This document shows positions 1 to 57,416 of a stretch of DNA of 64,000 nt, piece by piece (positions within the stretch are counted from its first letter, which is position 1; every line of letters starts with the position of its first letter). A program made the translations under genes and the position numbers. The DNA is taken from contig OZ024763.1 in NCBI GenBank assembly GCA_964016885.1, positions 10,788,001 to 10,852,000 on the forward strand, given 5' to 3'. Below the pieces are notes generated by a model, which ran no database searches, was not told the origin of the DNA, and saw only the letters and a program-made list of their open reading frames with translations. Source of the DNA: Eledone cirrhosa. Lineage: Eukaryota.

Positions 1-26
1 TTGACTGGATAGAATAAAGTAACTAT

Positions 27-942
27 GGTAGTGGTTGGTCTATGTTAGGCCAGCTAGCGCCACCTACTGTCCAGAGTATATCTGTGGAGCCCATGGTGTA
101 TGTTAGGCCAGCTAGCGCCACCCCACTGTCCAGAGTATATCTGTGGAGCCCATGGTGTATGTTAGGCCAGCTAGCGCCACCTACTGTCCAGAGTATATCT
201 GTGGAGCCCATGGTGTATGTTAGGCCAGCTAGCGCCACCCCACTGTCCAGAGTATATCTGTGGAGCCCATGGTGGGCTTCTCTAGAAGACCACCCACAGG
301 TCAGATTACTGTTGTTGGTCCAGCTTATATCATGGCTAAACACCACATCTGGTATCTCTGGTGGCTGTATTGCTCTCCCCTACCTATCACATCTGGTATC
401 TCTGGTGGCTGTATTGCTCTCCCCTACCTATCACATCTGGTATATCTGGTGTCTGTATTGCTCTCCCCTACCTATCACATCTGGTGTCTGAATTGCTCTC
501 CCCTACCTATCACATCTGGTGTCTGAATTGCTCTCCCCTACCTGTACCTATCAAAACTAACCATCACATCTGGTGTCTGTATTGCTCTCCCCTACCTGTA
601 CCTATCACAACTAACCATCACATCTGGTATATCTGGTGTCTGTATTGCTCTCCTCTACCTGTACCTATCACAACTAACCATCACATCTGGTATATCTGGT
701 GTCTGTATTGCTCTCCTCTACCTGTACCTATCACAACTAACCATCACATCTGGTATATCTGGTGTCTGTATTGCTCTCCCCAACCTGTACCTATCACATC
801 TGGTGTCTGTATTGCTCTCCCCTACCTGTACCTATCACAACTAACCATCACATCTGGTACATCTGGTGGCTGTATTGCTCTCCCCAACCTGTACCTATCA
901 CATCTGGTACATCTGGTGGCTGTATTGATCTCCCCAACCTAT
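27..942. repeat. Two adjacent minisatellites (~58-59 bp unit at 27-273; variable ~34-60 bp unit at ~340-942)
   Basis: Repeated TATGTTAGGCCAGCTAGCGCCAC and TGTATTGCTCTCCCCTACC. Confidence 0.9.
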
Positions 943-2389
943 GACCAGCTCAGGTCAGAATGTCTAAAGGATAAAAAAACAAAATTGCTGGATAGATGTT
1001 AATGTGAGGAGACCCTCAGGAAGATAGTGGAATAATATCAATGAGCTTGGCTAGTCTTGTTTGGAGATCTATCCAGATCATTTGGAGACAGTTGCTTCTG
1101 ACAGGGGCCCCGGGAAGGCGTATTTGAGGACTCTACCCTCTTATTCTTGGGAGGTCCATTGGGGCAAAAAAGAAGGAAGTCTATTTTCTGAAGATAGCCC
1201 TCCACTCCTCTCAGTTTCAGGAGTATAAAGCCCAAAGATCTTCTGATAAGTGGAATTACCTTGATATTGTTTAACAGTTATTGGTAATATTTGGACAATG
1301 TCACTGTATTTTATCATCATCATCATCATCAACATGAACATGAACTAAAATATGTGTTGTATAATGAAAGTAAACTGGAGCAACATGAAATAAAGTGTCT
1401 TGCTTAAGGACACAACACATCACCTGGTCCGAGAATTGAACTAACAACCTCCCGATTGCAAGCCCAATGCTCTAACCACAAGCCATGTGTCTTCATGTTA
1501 CTTTTATAAACCAAACAACAATCACCAATACCAGATTGGTTTAGTGAAAATAATAAATAAAATAAATAAAATAAATAAAATAAATAAAATAAAATAAATA
1601 AAATGAAAGAAAGAATTTGTTTTGTTGTTTTTTTTTTTTGCTGTACCAGCAGCTGAAGTTTATTTACCAATCTATAGAGATCACACCCTAAACAATCAAT
1701 AACCAATCAATCATTTAATTAATTTAGTTAGTTTTAAAATAATAATAATAATTAAGAAAAAAATTTAAAGCAAACACAGGAAAGAAGTGTGTGTGTGTAT
1801 TGTGGTGTGGTGTGTATGTCAATGAATGTATGTGGTGTGTGTGTGTATGTGTGTTACAATGAATGTGTATGTATGTATGTGTGTGTGAGGCTTGTGATGT
1901 GGTTAAAAAAAAAAAACATTGAGTGGGTGGGGGGTAGTTGAATAGGAAGCAGAGGAAAAAAGGGGGAGGGGGAGATATTTCCGAGGTAGAATAATAATAA
2001 TGTTCTCTAAATTTAGGCACAAGGCCAGCAATTTTGGAGGAAGGGAAAGTCAATTAAATACCCCCAGTATTTGACTGGTACTTTATCAAACCACAGAATG
2101 TTAACTAAATCCCACCAACACTATGTCTGATGCTCTACCTACTCTATCAGGTCACTGCCCTTATATTATTATTAAAGGCACAAGGCCATTGGTATTGGAT
2201 GGGTAGAGACTATAGTTGACTATATTGACCTTAGCATATCACTGGTACTCCCCATCACACAGAAACATGAAAGGCTAAGTAGACCTAGGTCAGATTTGAA
2301 CTTGGAACAGACATATTCACATGTATATTGAAACATATGAGAGAACAGCTCAAGTCAACAGGTTTAAAAGCATGATATAAAAAAAAAAG

Positions 2390-2870
2390 GCAGTGCCCCA
2401 ACATGGCCACAGTCCATTGACTGAGACCAGTAAAAGAATGTGGTGCCCCAGCATGGCCACAGTCTAATGACTGCAACCATTAAAAGAATGTGGTGCCCCA
2501 GCATGGCCACAGTCTAATGACTGCAACCATTAAAAGAATGTGGTGCCCCAGCATGGCCACAGTCTAATGACTGAAACCATTAAAAGAATGTGGTGCCCCA
2601 GCATGGCCAATTTAATGACTGAAACCAGTAAAAGAAGGTGGTGCCCCAGCATGGCCACAGTCTAATGTCTGACACCAGTAAAAGAGTGTGGTGCCCCAGC
2701 ATGGCCACAGTCTAATGACTGCAACCAGTAAAAGAAGGTAGTGCCCCAGCATGGCCAATCTGATGACTGAAACCAGTAAAAGAAGGTAGTGCCCCAGCAT
2801 GGCCAATCTGATGACTGAAACCAGTAAAAGAAGGTTGTGCCCCAGCATGGCCAATCTAATGACTGCAACC
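2390..2870. repeat. 47-49 bp tandem array (GTGCCCCAGCATGGCC...); same family at 42245-42465
   Basis: Direct inspection. Confidence 0.9.
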
Positions 2871-3840
2871 AACAAAAAGCGTAAAGCATAAAAAAAAAAG
2901 ATTTAAAAACAAACAAAAACGCCAACATTATATAATAAAATAAAAAGCAACAACCAACAATAAGCAAACAATTTACATAACAAGCAACAAAATATAACAA
3001 ATTTGGCAAAAATAACCTGGGAGCAGTGCTCCAGCATGGTCACAGACCAATGACAGTGCCCCAGCATGGCCGCAGTCAAATAGCATTTCACAAACACACG
3101 CTTCCCATAACATAATTCTCAGGGAGATTCACCATGGCTACTGTGAGACAAGGCTCACCCTTTCAGTTACAGGCATGGTCCATCTAATGGGCTTCCAAAC
3201 AGTTTCATCTACCAAATTTCACTCGAAAGGCTTCGGTCAACCTGAGGCTAGATATGTCAGACACACACACAAGGAGTTATTAGAAAGTGGCAAACAACAG
3301 AATGCCACTTGAACACCCCAGTGGCCATCATCATAGAACAAATTGAAAGGACAAGAGGATAGACCACAAATTGTTAGCAAAATAGGGGTCAGTTTACAAG
3401 CTGACTTCTGTTACCACCACCACCACCACCTTTAAACATAACATCTCTCATATTAAAATATACATCACTTTCAACAATATGGGATTGCTTACTGTCTATC
3501 TCCTTAGCAACCATCTACCTACATCTCTCATCCCTTACTATGAGAAAATCAATGATTTTATTTTGTTTTATTTTGGATATGACTCAGGATTTTACTGAGC
3601 ACCCCCCCCCCCCTGTTGATAAAATGTGTACCTGTATGTGTGTTTGTGGTAGGTGTTGCTGTTGTTCTGCCCTAGGAAAAAACCCGATTTAGATCAAATA
3701 CCTATGTTGAATATGTATATGTTTATGTATGTATGTATGAGGATGGGGTACACAGACCCAGTGGTGGGGTGATACAGATCTTGTTAGCCCCCTGGGGGCC
3801 GATATTTCTAATGAAATACACCCTACTTCAATTAATAAGT

Positions 3841-4012
3841 GTTTCTACTTTAAGCACAAGGCCAGCAATTACCCAGTACATTACTGGTACTTTATTTTAT
3901 CGACCCCGTAAGGATGAAAGGCAAAGTTAACCTCGGCGGGATTAGAACTCAGACTGTAAAGGGACGTAACTATGCTAGAAAGCATGGCGTCCAACCCTCT
4001 ACCGATACTGCC
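3841..4012 (-). mobile_element. tRNA-derived SINE family A (also ~2000-2160, 4420-4826, 16370-16570, 17245-17670, 54390-54760, 62813-63285 minus; 44194-44378 plus)
   Basis: Family consensus TGGCAGTATCGG A-box-like, GAGTTCAAATCC B-box-like, conserved GCCTTTCATCCTTACGGGGTCGATAAAATAAAGTACCAG body, (ATT)n tails. Confidence 0.8.
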
Positions 4013-5072
4013 AATAATTAATAATGTCGAGGGATTTACTAAAATTATTATTCCTTACATTACTAAGATAGTAACTCAACAGATGGTTCTCATATGTTGT
4101 AGGAGTTTAGTTTAAAATGAGGGGTTTTGAGAGGATCAGAGCTGGTGTTTAACTGTGTATGAAAAGGGTTAATGAAAGGAACAGACTGTCATGGGATATA
4201 AAGCAACTCTCTCTTTCTATGTTTATTGTTTTAGTTTAAAAAAAAACAACAAAACATTTCATTCAGTATTTTGTTTTTTTTTCTTAGTTTAGTTTTTTTA
4301 AAGCAATCAACAACAACAACAAATTAATTTGGATGATTCTGTTTTTTTTTTTTCAAAGAAAAAAATTAAATAAAAATATGAAAATATAATCAAAATATTA
4401 ATAACAATGATGTCCCCTAATTTAGGCTGAAGGCCAGCAATGTGGTGGGTACATCAATTAAATTGATCCCTAATACTTTACTTTATCAACTCCTTGAAAA
4501 GCTAAGTTGACCGAGGCAGGATTTGAACTCAGAACATAAAGAAAAGTACTTCAATGTGAAAACATTCAGTCCTAACAATTCTGCTAATCCACTGCCCTTA
4601 TAACACTTTCTGATTTAGACACAAGGCCAACAATTTGGGGTAGGGATAAGTCAATTAAATCGATCTTAGTACATGACTGGTACTTCATTTTATCGATCCT
4701 GGAATGATGAAAAGCAAATTTGACCTCAGTGGGATAAAGAATTTGACCTCAGAACATAAAGAAGCGGAACAAATACTGTGAAGCATGTGGTCCGATGTTC
4801 TCCCAATTCTGTCAATCCACAGCCCTATACTAATAAAGGAGAGAAGAGAAAAGTAAAAAGTAAATTCAGCTAACGTCCAGAATATTTACTTTTGTTTATT
4901 TGGCCAGCCTGCTGTGTACAATCAGTACCCTATTTATTCCACAATATTGGGGGGTCTCTCAATATCAACCCCACATCTATGTCACTATCATACCAAATGG
5001 AAATATTTTAAGGAAACAATATATATACATATATACACACACACACACACACATAAATATATACCTGTATGC

Positions 5073-5105
<33 letters not shown>

Positions 5106-5365
5106 AATATATATATATGATGATGATACATATAAGAAATGCCAGTAGAAGGAAGCTGCAGTAGAGGTAGGCTACATAAGACCTGGGTGGAAGAGATAAG
5201 AGCCGATCTCAAATTGCTGAAACTCACATAGGAGATGAGAAAAGAATGTAATGAGTGGAGAGATGCTATGCTGAAAAGGACCCGGCCAACCCATGCAAGC
5301 AGAGAAAAAGAATGCAAAAATAATGATGATGATATATATATCATTTTACATCTATTTTCCATGCT

Positions 5366-5408
<43 letters not shown>

Positions 5409-5463
5409 GTGAGGTTTTTTTTACAAAATGAAAAATAACCGAGGTGTCCTACACGAGTGAAAG

Positions 5464-5763
5464 TATAAGGAAAAAGAGATGAAATCGAAAATGCAACTGG
5501 AGTCTTATTTTTTTATAAAAAATATATATATTTATTTGGTTCCTTTACCGGTTTCGCAGTTCTTCTGCTTTTCAAAAGGTGAGTTGAGATGGAGGGTCTG
5601 TGGTTTTTCTCACATCTGTGAGAAAAACCACAGACCCTCCATCTCAACTCACCTTTTGAAAAGCAGAAGAACTGCGAAACCGGTAAAGGAACCAAATAAA
5701 TATATATATTTTTTATAAAAAAATAAGACTCCAGTTGCATTTTCAATTTCATCTCTTTTTCTT

Positions 5764-5767
<4 letters not shown>
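5464..5767. repeat. Near-perfect palindrome (~150-bp arms, 2-nt loop at 5615-5616), inverted pseudo-LTR-like
   Basis: Arms are reverse complements; (TA)n tracts nearby on both sides. Confidence 0.95.
5652..5689 (+). ncRNA. Minimal type I hammerhead ribozyme motif, U3-A8 variant (mirror copy 5542-5579, minus)
   Basis: CCTT-TTGAAAA-GCAG(aagaa)CTGC-GAAA-CCGG-TA-AAGG. Confidence 0.65.
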
Positions 5768-5797
<30 letters not shown>

Positions 5798-6601
5798 AAT
5801 ACATGTGTGTGTGTGACTTGATCTGTGACTGTATTGAAATAAAAGCAACTACAGTGTCGAAGGATCATTTTAGCCACTGTAAAACACACAAATGCTATTA
5901 AATTCCCTTTATATTTATCATCTATTTCTTGGTGTCAACATTTTCATTGCACTGTTTGTGACTCAGTCACTGACAGTTCCCCTATATACATACCTATGAT
6001 ATAGATATATATCTTTATATATATATATATATACATACATGATATATATATATATATATATACATATATATACAGTTATATTTATTTATTTATATTATTA
6101 ATACAGATTAAAAGTTTGAGTAATGAATTTCTGCTTTCACCCTCAGTGGGATCATCTTTATATATATATATATATTACAGTTATAAAAACCTTGTTACTT
6201 TAAGGTTGGTGTACCAGGTGAAAGATCTATGTTTATAACACAGCTAACACATATTAATGCCTGCATGGCGTCAACTAAATCACAATAAATAGAGAGAAAT
6301 AAATAAATTAATGTATAATTACAGATTGGTATTGAAATGAAATTTAAAAGAAACCCGTCTTTGTAACCCTATGTTGCGGAGATGATATATCAGGACCAGA
6401 GACAAAACAATCTCTCTACCCATCCCCGCACCTTATTCTACAAGGGACACACTGTAATGTTAAGGGATATTTCTTTAGCTTCACATCTATAATAAAATAA
6501 ATTATATATATTATATATACATTATATATATATATTTGCTATACCTTACTCTCCTCGCCCCCCCCCTCTCTCTCCATAATTTTGTATTATATATATATAA
6601 G

Positions 6602-6664
<63 letters not shown>

Positions 6665-7235
6665 GTATATATATTGAAATTTAATTTTTGCAAAATTATT
6701 ATTTAAAAAAAATATTTAAAAAAATATTTTTCTTTTCTTTTTGAAACTAATTTAACTTGAAAAAAAAAAAAGAAAAAAAAAAGCCAAACGAAAAAGAAAT
6801 ATACAACACAAAAAAAAGCCGCCTCCACGGGTAACTATTTTCACAAAAATCACAGGAATGCATACGAACTGGTATTTAACTGTCTTAATAAACTGTAATT
6901 GCGGAGTTGCCCCAGCATGGCCACAACGAATGGACAGGGATGGAACAGGTGAAAAGAGTATAATTGAAGTCAATGAGGAGAATATCTGACAGGGTTACCT
7001 GCTATCACACCTGACCTTTTTTTCTTCCCACAAAGACCAGGTAACTACTCTCACCCTCCATGCAGTTAAATAAATCTCATCTACCCCTTCTCCTTCCACA
7101 CTACTCACACAACACCCTTTCTTTCCACCTGTCTCTAACAACGCCTCCCCCTGCGTCACACAACTCCCCCACAAGACTTATCTCCGATGCCACCCCAAAC
7201 ACACACAAAACACTATCACATGCATCTCATCATCA

Positions 7236-7440
7236 TCACTCGTCGACTACTGTCGAGATGATGGATCTCACTCTCATGCCCCAGAATCCCCTGTCCCCCA
7301 TCGCTGCCCCCAGGTCCTGTCTGCTGATTCCCGTATCCCTAGAGATAACGTCAGGGAATGACAGCTTCCTACTCCTAGTCAGGCTGGAGTCAGGGTTCCA
7401 GAGCAAGAGAGCGGATATGATTTCATTGCTGGCACGGTGA
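7236..7440 (-). mobile_element. LINE 3'-end fragment
   Basis: EIISALLLW...RKLSFPDVISRDTG...AMGDRGFW followed by (GAT)n tail. Confidence 0.65.
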
Positions 7441-7963
7441 ATATCAGCTGAACCAAGATTGAAAAGTTTTAAAAAATGGTTAACAGCCCAAGCGACATTG
7501 TGATTGGTGAGATCCATCAAGTGGTGGTCAAGGTCAAGTTTTACTTGAACTCACAGATTTCTTTGGTGGTCAGAGAAAGAGAGGAAGCGAAATGAGCTAT
7601 GTGAATCTTGGCTCAAGCAAAAGTTTCATTGCTAAGCCAGCAAAATTACAATAGGAGAGCGGGTGGACACAAATGGAGATCAGTGAAATAGCAGGTACGA
7701 CAACGACATGAAATAGAAGTTGATCCATTTCACAGATCCGTTTCTGCCAGGGGCTTAGATACCACTTATGCCATGCCACTTGCCAACTAAAACTAGTATT
7801 TGATAAGTTTCTGGGGTTTTTTTTGGAATGTTTTAAATATTTGTTTATTTATAATATATTTTATTATGTGTATCAGCTATAAACACTTCTGCCTGGTATT
7901 ATTATTATTATTTATTAATAATAATATATTTAAAAGGAGGAGCAGGGTCTGCATTAAAAAGAA

Positions 7964-7996
<33 letters not shown>

Positions 7997-8531
7997 TACA
8001 AATATATATGTATAAATCTGTTGTTCTAGCATATATATATATATATATATGTGTGTGTATGTATGTATATATGTATGTAAATAAATAAATTGTGTGTGTA
8101 TAAGAACATAATTTGTTCAGAAGGTAGGTAGATAAGTAGAGAGAGGTGAAGGCGGAGGAGGAAGAGTGAAAAATATAAATAGATTAGAGATGGTGGGAGG
8201 GAGTATAACCCACAAGGTGATGGCGGTGGTGATGACGATGATGATGATGATAAGATGTTATAATGGGATAAAATTGAACAAAATGTCTAAATCGAAATAT
8301 ATACATATATGCATGTGTGTAGAATAATCAACAAGTAATGAGAGAGCTCTATAAAAAGTGAAAGAGCTCTATGTGTATATATATATATAAATTACACAAT
8401 GATGTTGCACAACATGACTGGCTACATCAAGGTTTCCTACTTGAACAGGTCAAATTACCTGTTCATATAGGAAAACAAATGGTAGCCATTTATGCTGTTT
8501 AATAATACTGTTATTATGCAATTAATAAGTT

Positions 8532-8572
<41 letters not shown>

Positions 8573-8859
8573 TGGTTAAGACTTTTATGCTAAACTTAAA
8601 CTTAAATGATGCATTTTTATACAAGTTAAAAATGACAGAACCATATGCAGGAATCAAAAGCAGACATCTGTTGAATAGCAGGCAACTGTGTAGACTATAT
8701 TCACAGAACATGACAGGTTTTAACATAAAATTTAATGCATGTGTGTCACGGGATTAAACTGCAATGTTCTTCTTAATGTCATATCACATGATAACCAACA
8801 AGATGGGAGCAGTCACTTAAAATGCATCATATATATATATATGAGAGTATATGTGTATG

Positions 8860-8968
<109 letters not shown>

Positions 8969-9021
8969 ACGAGTCAGGACCTGATGGCTGAGCTCTTGCT
9001 GCTTTGACAGCTAATTCCAGA

Positions 9022-9074
<53 letters not shown>

Positions 9075-9117
9075 ATACATATATATATATATGTTAATAC
9101 ACACACATATATCCAGA

Positions 9118-9169
<52 letters not shown>

Positions 9170-9199
9170 TATATGTTAATACACACACATATATCCAGA

Positions 9200-9256
<57 letters not shown>

Positions 9257-10260
9257 GTTAATACACACACATATATCCAGACTCATATATATATATATAT
9301 ACACACATACATATATCTATCTATATATGTATGTGTTTATGTACCTATGTAGTGATGAGAGGAGCTGGTGGACACCATGCCTTCAAACTACACATACATT
9401 ACATTTTTACAATCTAAAACAACTGCAAAACAACACAAAAAGGTTTTTTTTTTGTGATCTTCAAATGTCAAAAAAAAAAAAAAAAAAAAGAAGAAAAAAA
9501 ACCTATTGTTTTTTTTACACGATAGTTGAAAACAAATTATATATATAATGAATTAATTAAAATACAACTAGAAAGAAACCATATAAATTGCCATTTGTAC
9601 TGTTTTTTCTTCTTTTTCTCCTTGTCTATACAATCATATATATATATTTATTATAATTGAGTCCTTAATATATATATATATTTATTATAATTGAGTCCTT
9701 AATATATATATATATTTATTATAATTGAGTCCTTAATATATATATATATTTATTATAATTGAGTCCTTAATATATATATATATTTATTATAATTGAGTCC
9801 TTAATATATATATATATATTTATTATAATTGAGTTCTTAATATATATATATATTTATTATAATTGAGTTCTTAATATATATATATATTTATATATATATA
9901 TATAAAATTACAATGCAAATGTTTCTTTCTTCCTCTTCTTTCTTCTCTGAACGAAGAAAATTATTTTGAGTTGTTATTTCTTTAGGCTATGGTCATGTTT
10001 CCCGATTGTGGTGGGGAGTGGTGGTGCTGGTAGTAGTGTGGTGTGTATATATGTGGTGTATATATATGTCTGTGTGTGCAGTGTATGCATACATATGTGT
10101 GTGTGCGGTGTATGTATTTGTGTGTGTGTGCAATGTATGTATATATATGTCTGTGTGTGTCGTGTATGTATATATATATATATATAAATATGAGTGTTTT
10201 TTTCTTTCCTTTCTTTCTTTTACTATGTTTTCTCAGTCCGCCCATTCAATGCCCCCCCAA

Positions 10261-10301
<41 letters not shown>

Positions 10302-10450
10302 ATATATATATATACACATATATGTCAGTATATATATAGATATATATATATATACACACATACACATATGTCAGTATATATATATATATACCCACACACA
10401 CACATATATATGTCAGTATATATATATATTTATATATATACACACATCAC

Positions 10451-10501
<51 letters not shown>

Positions 10502-11345
10502 ATGTGTGTGTGTGTGTATGTGTTTGTCTGTATATATTTAATAACAATAATAATAATAATAAATTAAGATTTACAAATATTTTGCTGTTACATTAAAAAA
10601 ATCTCAAAAAACCCCACAATTTACTGAATATCTCTCAATAAAGTTGTTTTTCTTTTGCTTTAAATGTTTTCTTGGTTGCTTGTTTAGGGTTTAAAAGTTT
10701 TCAATTAAATTACATTTAAAATAATTTTTTTTCATTTTTCTTTTTTTTGCGTGTAGGAGTTTCGTTTTTGTTTTGTTTATTTTTTTCTGCAGGGAAAACG
10801 GGTGGTGGGTGGGTGAGAGGGGGGACGGGGTAAGGTGAAGATTAAAGAAATGTTTAAATAACAAAAAAAAAAGTCAAAAATCACTAAAATTATTATTATC
10901 AAAATCAAAGATATGTTTGTCCTAAATCCTTTTTTGTATTTGTTAGACTAAAAATTGACAAAAAATGGAGAAAGTAAAAGAGAGTAAAGAGGGGAAGAGG
11001 GACAGGAAAGAAAAACACAACTGTATATTTTGTATGGGTTTTTTTTGTAGTTTTTTTTTTTGGGTGGAGGGAAGATTTTTTTTTTTTTTTGCAATATATT
11101 TCAAAGTGAATTCAAGTTGAAGCAATTAGGTGACCAACATTTAAACCAAGCCACAGTTTTAGATTTAGTCATGTTTACAGGGTTTAAACTTTGGAGAAAG
11201 TGCAGGAGAATTAATTTAATTAAAAAAACAAAACAAAGGAAAAACAATATATTGAGGGGTCTGATTTTGTAGTTAAACTTCATTTGCAAAAAGAAAACAA
11301 TTAGATTTCTTCATATAAATGTTACACTGTACATATGTTGTATAC

Positions 11346-11514
11346 CAGGCATGTCAAACTAAAGGTCCTCCAATATTCACATCGGTCCCACATGTGTTGT
11401 CTGAGGGCCGCACATGGCAACTAATAGTTTTTATTTTATATTACGCTTGCTCTGTAAAACCCTTTGTGTGGCCCACAGGTGAGCTTGTTAAGGGCCGCAC
11501 GTTTGACATGCTTC
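11346..11514. mobile_element. hAT-type MITE downstream of the GRK stop (possible 3' UTR)
   Basis: CAGGCATGTCAAAC...GTTTGACATGCTTC; 8-bp TSD TTGTATAC/TTGTACAC. Confidence 0.75.
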
Positions 11515-12562
11515 TTGTACACTATGTTTATCATCTTTCCTCATCTCTTTAGTTTTTTTTTTCTCCCCCGTAAAAGAAAAAAAAAAGTGCATCAACTACT
11601 GCAATACGAGCATGTGAGTATATAAATATATACATATATACGTATATATATCAAAGGAGTTTGATATATAATATAACGATCATACACACATACATATGTA
11701 TATATATATGTTTTTATGCTGTGTCCTCTAAAGTTGACTGAACATCTAATTTGTTGGTTGAATAATATCGCCTTAAATACATATATACACACATATATAT
11801 ATATATACACATATGCATACATATATGTAAAAGACAAAAACAACCACATCAACATTTTGCAAATGTAAATGAGACAAAGACGGGGTGTGATAAAGGACAA
11901 TCTAACTCCCTCCTCTACACTCAAAAGTAAACAACAGAGTGTTAATTAATCAAGACTAATGAATTTTGGGGGCTGTCTTTGATTTTGGAGCTGGTCTGAT
12001 ATTTTTCAGTTACAAGTGACCGACTAAAAAGAAAATTGGCTTGGTTTCTATAACATTTACTCTTTTAAATAAATAGTTCATCTGCATCTATTGTGTACGC
12101 ACGCTTGTGTACGCACGCCTGCGTACACACGCTTGTGTACGCACACCTGAGTATGCATCATCTTTTTGTTTTTTGTATATATTTTTATCTGCTTTGGTGT
12201 GACGGAAGGGAGAGATAGAGTGAGAGAGACAGACAGACACAGAGACAGAGAGAGAGATAAAAAGATAGGTGGAAAGACACAGAGGGAGGGGCGGGTTGAG
12301 GCAGAAAAGGGGTAAAAAAACAAGTAACTCCCAAGTTGCCATCACCATCCCCTTTGCAATAATTGGGGTTTGGGTGTTCTTTTTAAAGAAATATTTGGAG
12401 GAAGGGGTGTTGGCAAAAATTATTATAATCATTATTAATATTATTTTCCAAAGAAATGTTCTAGAAGTCTCTAGTGCTGCTGCCACCACCATTGTTACTG
12501 CCGCCACTGTTGCTAAATAATGGTAAGGAACGATGTTGCTCCTCTTACTCTGCTGCCAACCT

Positions 12563-55913
<43,351 letters not shown>

Positions 55914-56077
55914 CTGTAAAGGATGAAACAGAGAGATATGATGTATTAAACAGAGAGATATGATGTATTAAATATAGATATGATGATGCCAGTGCTGAAT
56001 TGCAAACTAGGGGTTAAATTATAAAATTATAACTCTGTGATTGGAATTCTGGCAGAAACATTTGTCAGTTTAATAAT

Positions 56078-57416
56078 GCTTTAAATCTTTAGTGTTTCTA
56101 AACTTAATGTATAACAGCTCTGCATGACCCCCACTGCATTGAGCTTTAAATCTTTGGTGTTTCTAAACTTAATGTATAACAGCTCTGCATGACCCCCACT
56201 GCATTGAGCTTTAAATCTTTAGCGTTTCTGAACTTAATGTATAACAGCTCTGCATGACCCCCACTGCATTGAGCTTTAAATCTTTGGTGTTTCTGAACTT
56301 AATGTATAACAGCTCTGCATGACCCCCACTGCATTGAGCTTTAAATCTTTAGTGTTTCTGAACTTAATGTATAACAGCTCTGCATGACCCCCACTGCATT
56401 GAGCTTTAAATCTTTAGTGTTTCTGAACTTAATGTATAACAGCTCTGCATGACCCCCACTGCATTGAGCTTTAAATCTTTGGTGTTTCTGAACTTAATGT
56501 ATAACAGCTCTGCATGACCCCCACTGCATTGAGCTTTAAATCTTTGGTGTTTCTAAACTTAATGTATAACAGCTCTGCATGACCCCCACTGCATTGAGCT
56601 TTAAATCTTTAGTGTTTCTGAACTTAATGTATAACAGCTCTGCATGACCCCCACTGCATTGAGCTTTAAATCTTTGGTGTTTCTAAACTTAATGTATAAC
56701 AGCTCTGCATGACCCCCACTGCATTGAGCTTTAAATCTTTAGTGTTTCTGAACTTAATGTATAACAGCTCTGCATGACCCCCACTGCATTGAGCTTTAAA
56801 TCTTTGGTGTTTCTAAACTTAATGTATAACAGCTCTGCATGACCCCCACTGCATTGAGCTTTAAATCTTTGGTGTTTCTAAACTTAATGTATAACAGCTC
56901 TGCATGACCCCCACTGCATTGAGCTTTAAATCTTTGGTGTTTCTAAACTTAACGTATAACAGCTCTGCATGACCCCCACTTCATTGAGCTTTAAATCTTT
57001 GGTGTTTCTAAACTTAATGTATAACAGCTCTGCATGACCCCCACTGCATTGAGCTTTAAATCTTTGGTGTTTCTGAACTTAATGTATAACAGCTCTGCAT
57101 GACCCCCACTGCATTGAGCTTTAAATCTTTGGTGTTTCTAAACTTAATGTATAACAGCTCTGCATGACCCCCACTGCATTGAGCTTTAAATCTTTGGTGT
57201 TTCTAAACTTAATGTATAACAGCTCTGCATGACCCCCACTGCATTGAGCTTTAAATCTTTGGTGTTTCTGAACTTAATGTATAACAGCTCTGCATGACCC
57301 CCACTGCATTGAGCTTTAAATCTTTGGTGTTTCTGAACTTAATGTATAACAGCTCTGCATGACCCCCACTGCATTGAGCTTTAAATCTTTGGTGTTTCTA
57401 AACTTAATGTATAACA
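56078..57416. repeat. ~64-bp minisatellite, ~21 copies
   Basis: GCTTTAAATCTTTGGTGTTTCTAAACTTAATGTATAACAGCTCTGCATGACCCCCACTGCATTGA. Confidence 0.93.

Noticed and set aside
1038-1235. Possible exon or second gene at the left end
   Set aside because: No recognisable domain or consistent splice pattern; may be a decayed retroelement.
2755-2830. CTGATGA-CT-GAAA-CCAG-TA hammerhead-like string
   Set aside because: No stem II or stem I; arises from a point variant of the 47-bp tandem unit.
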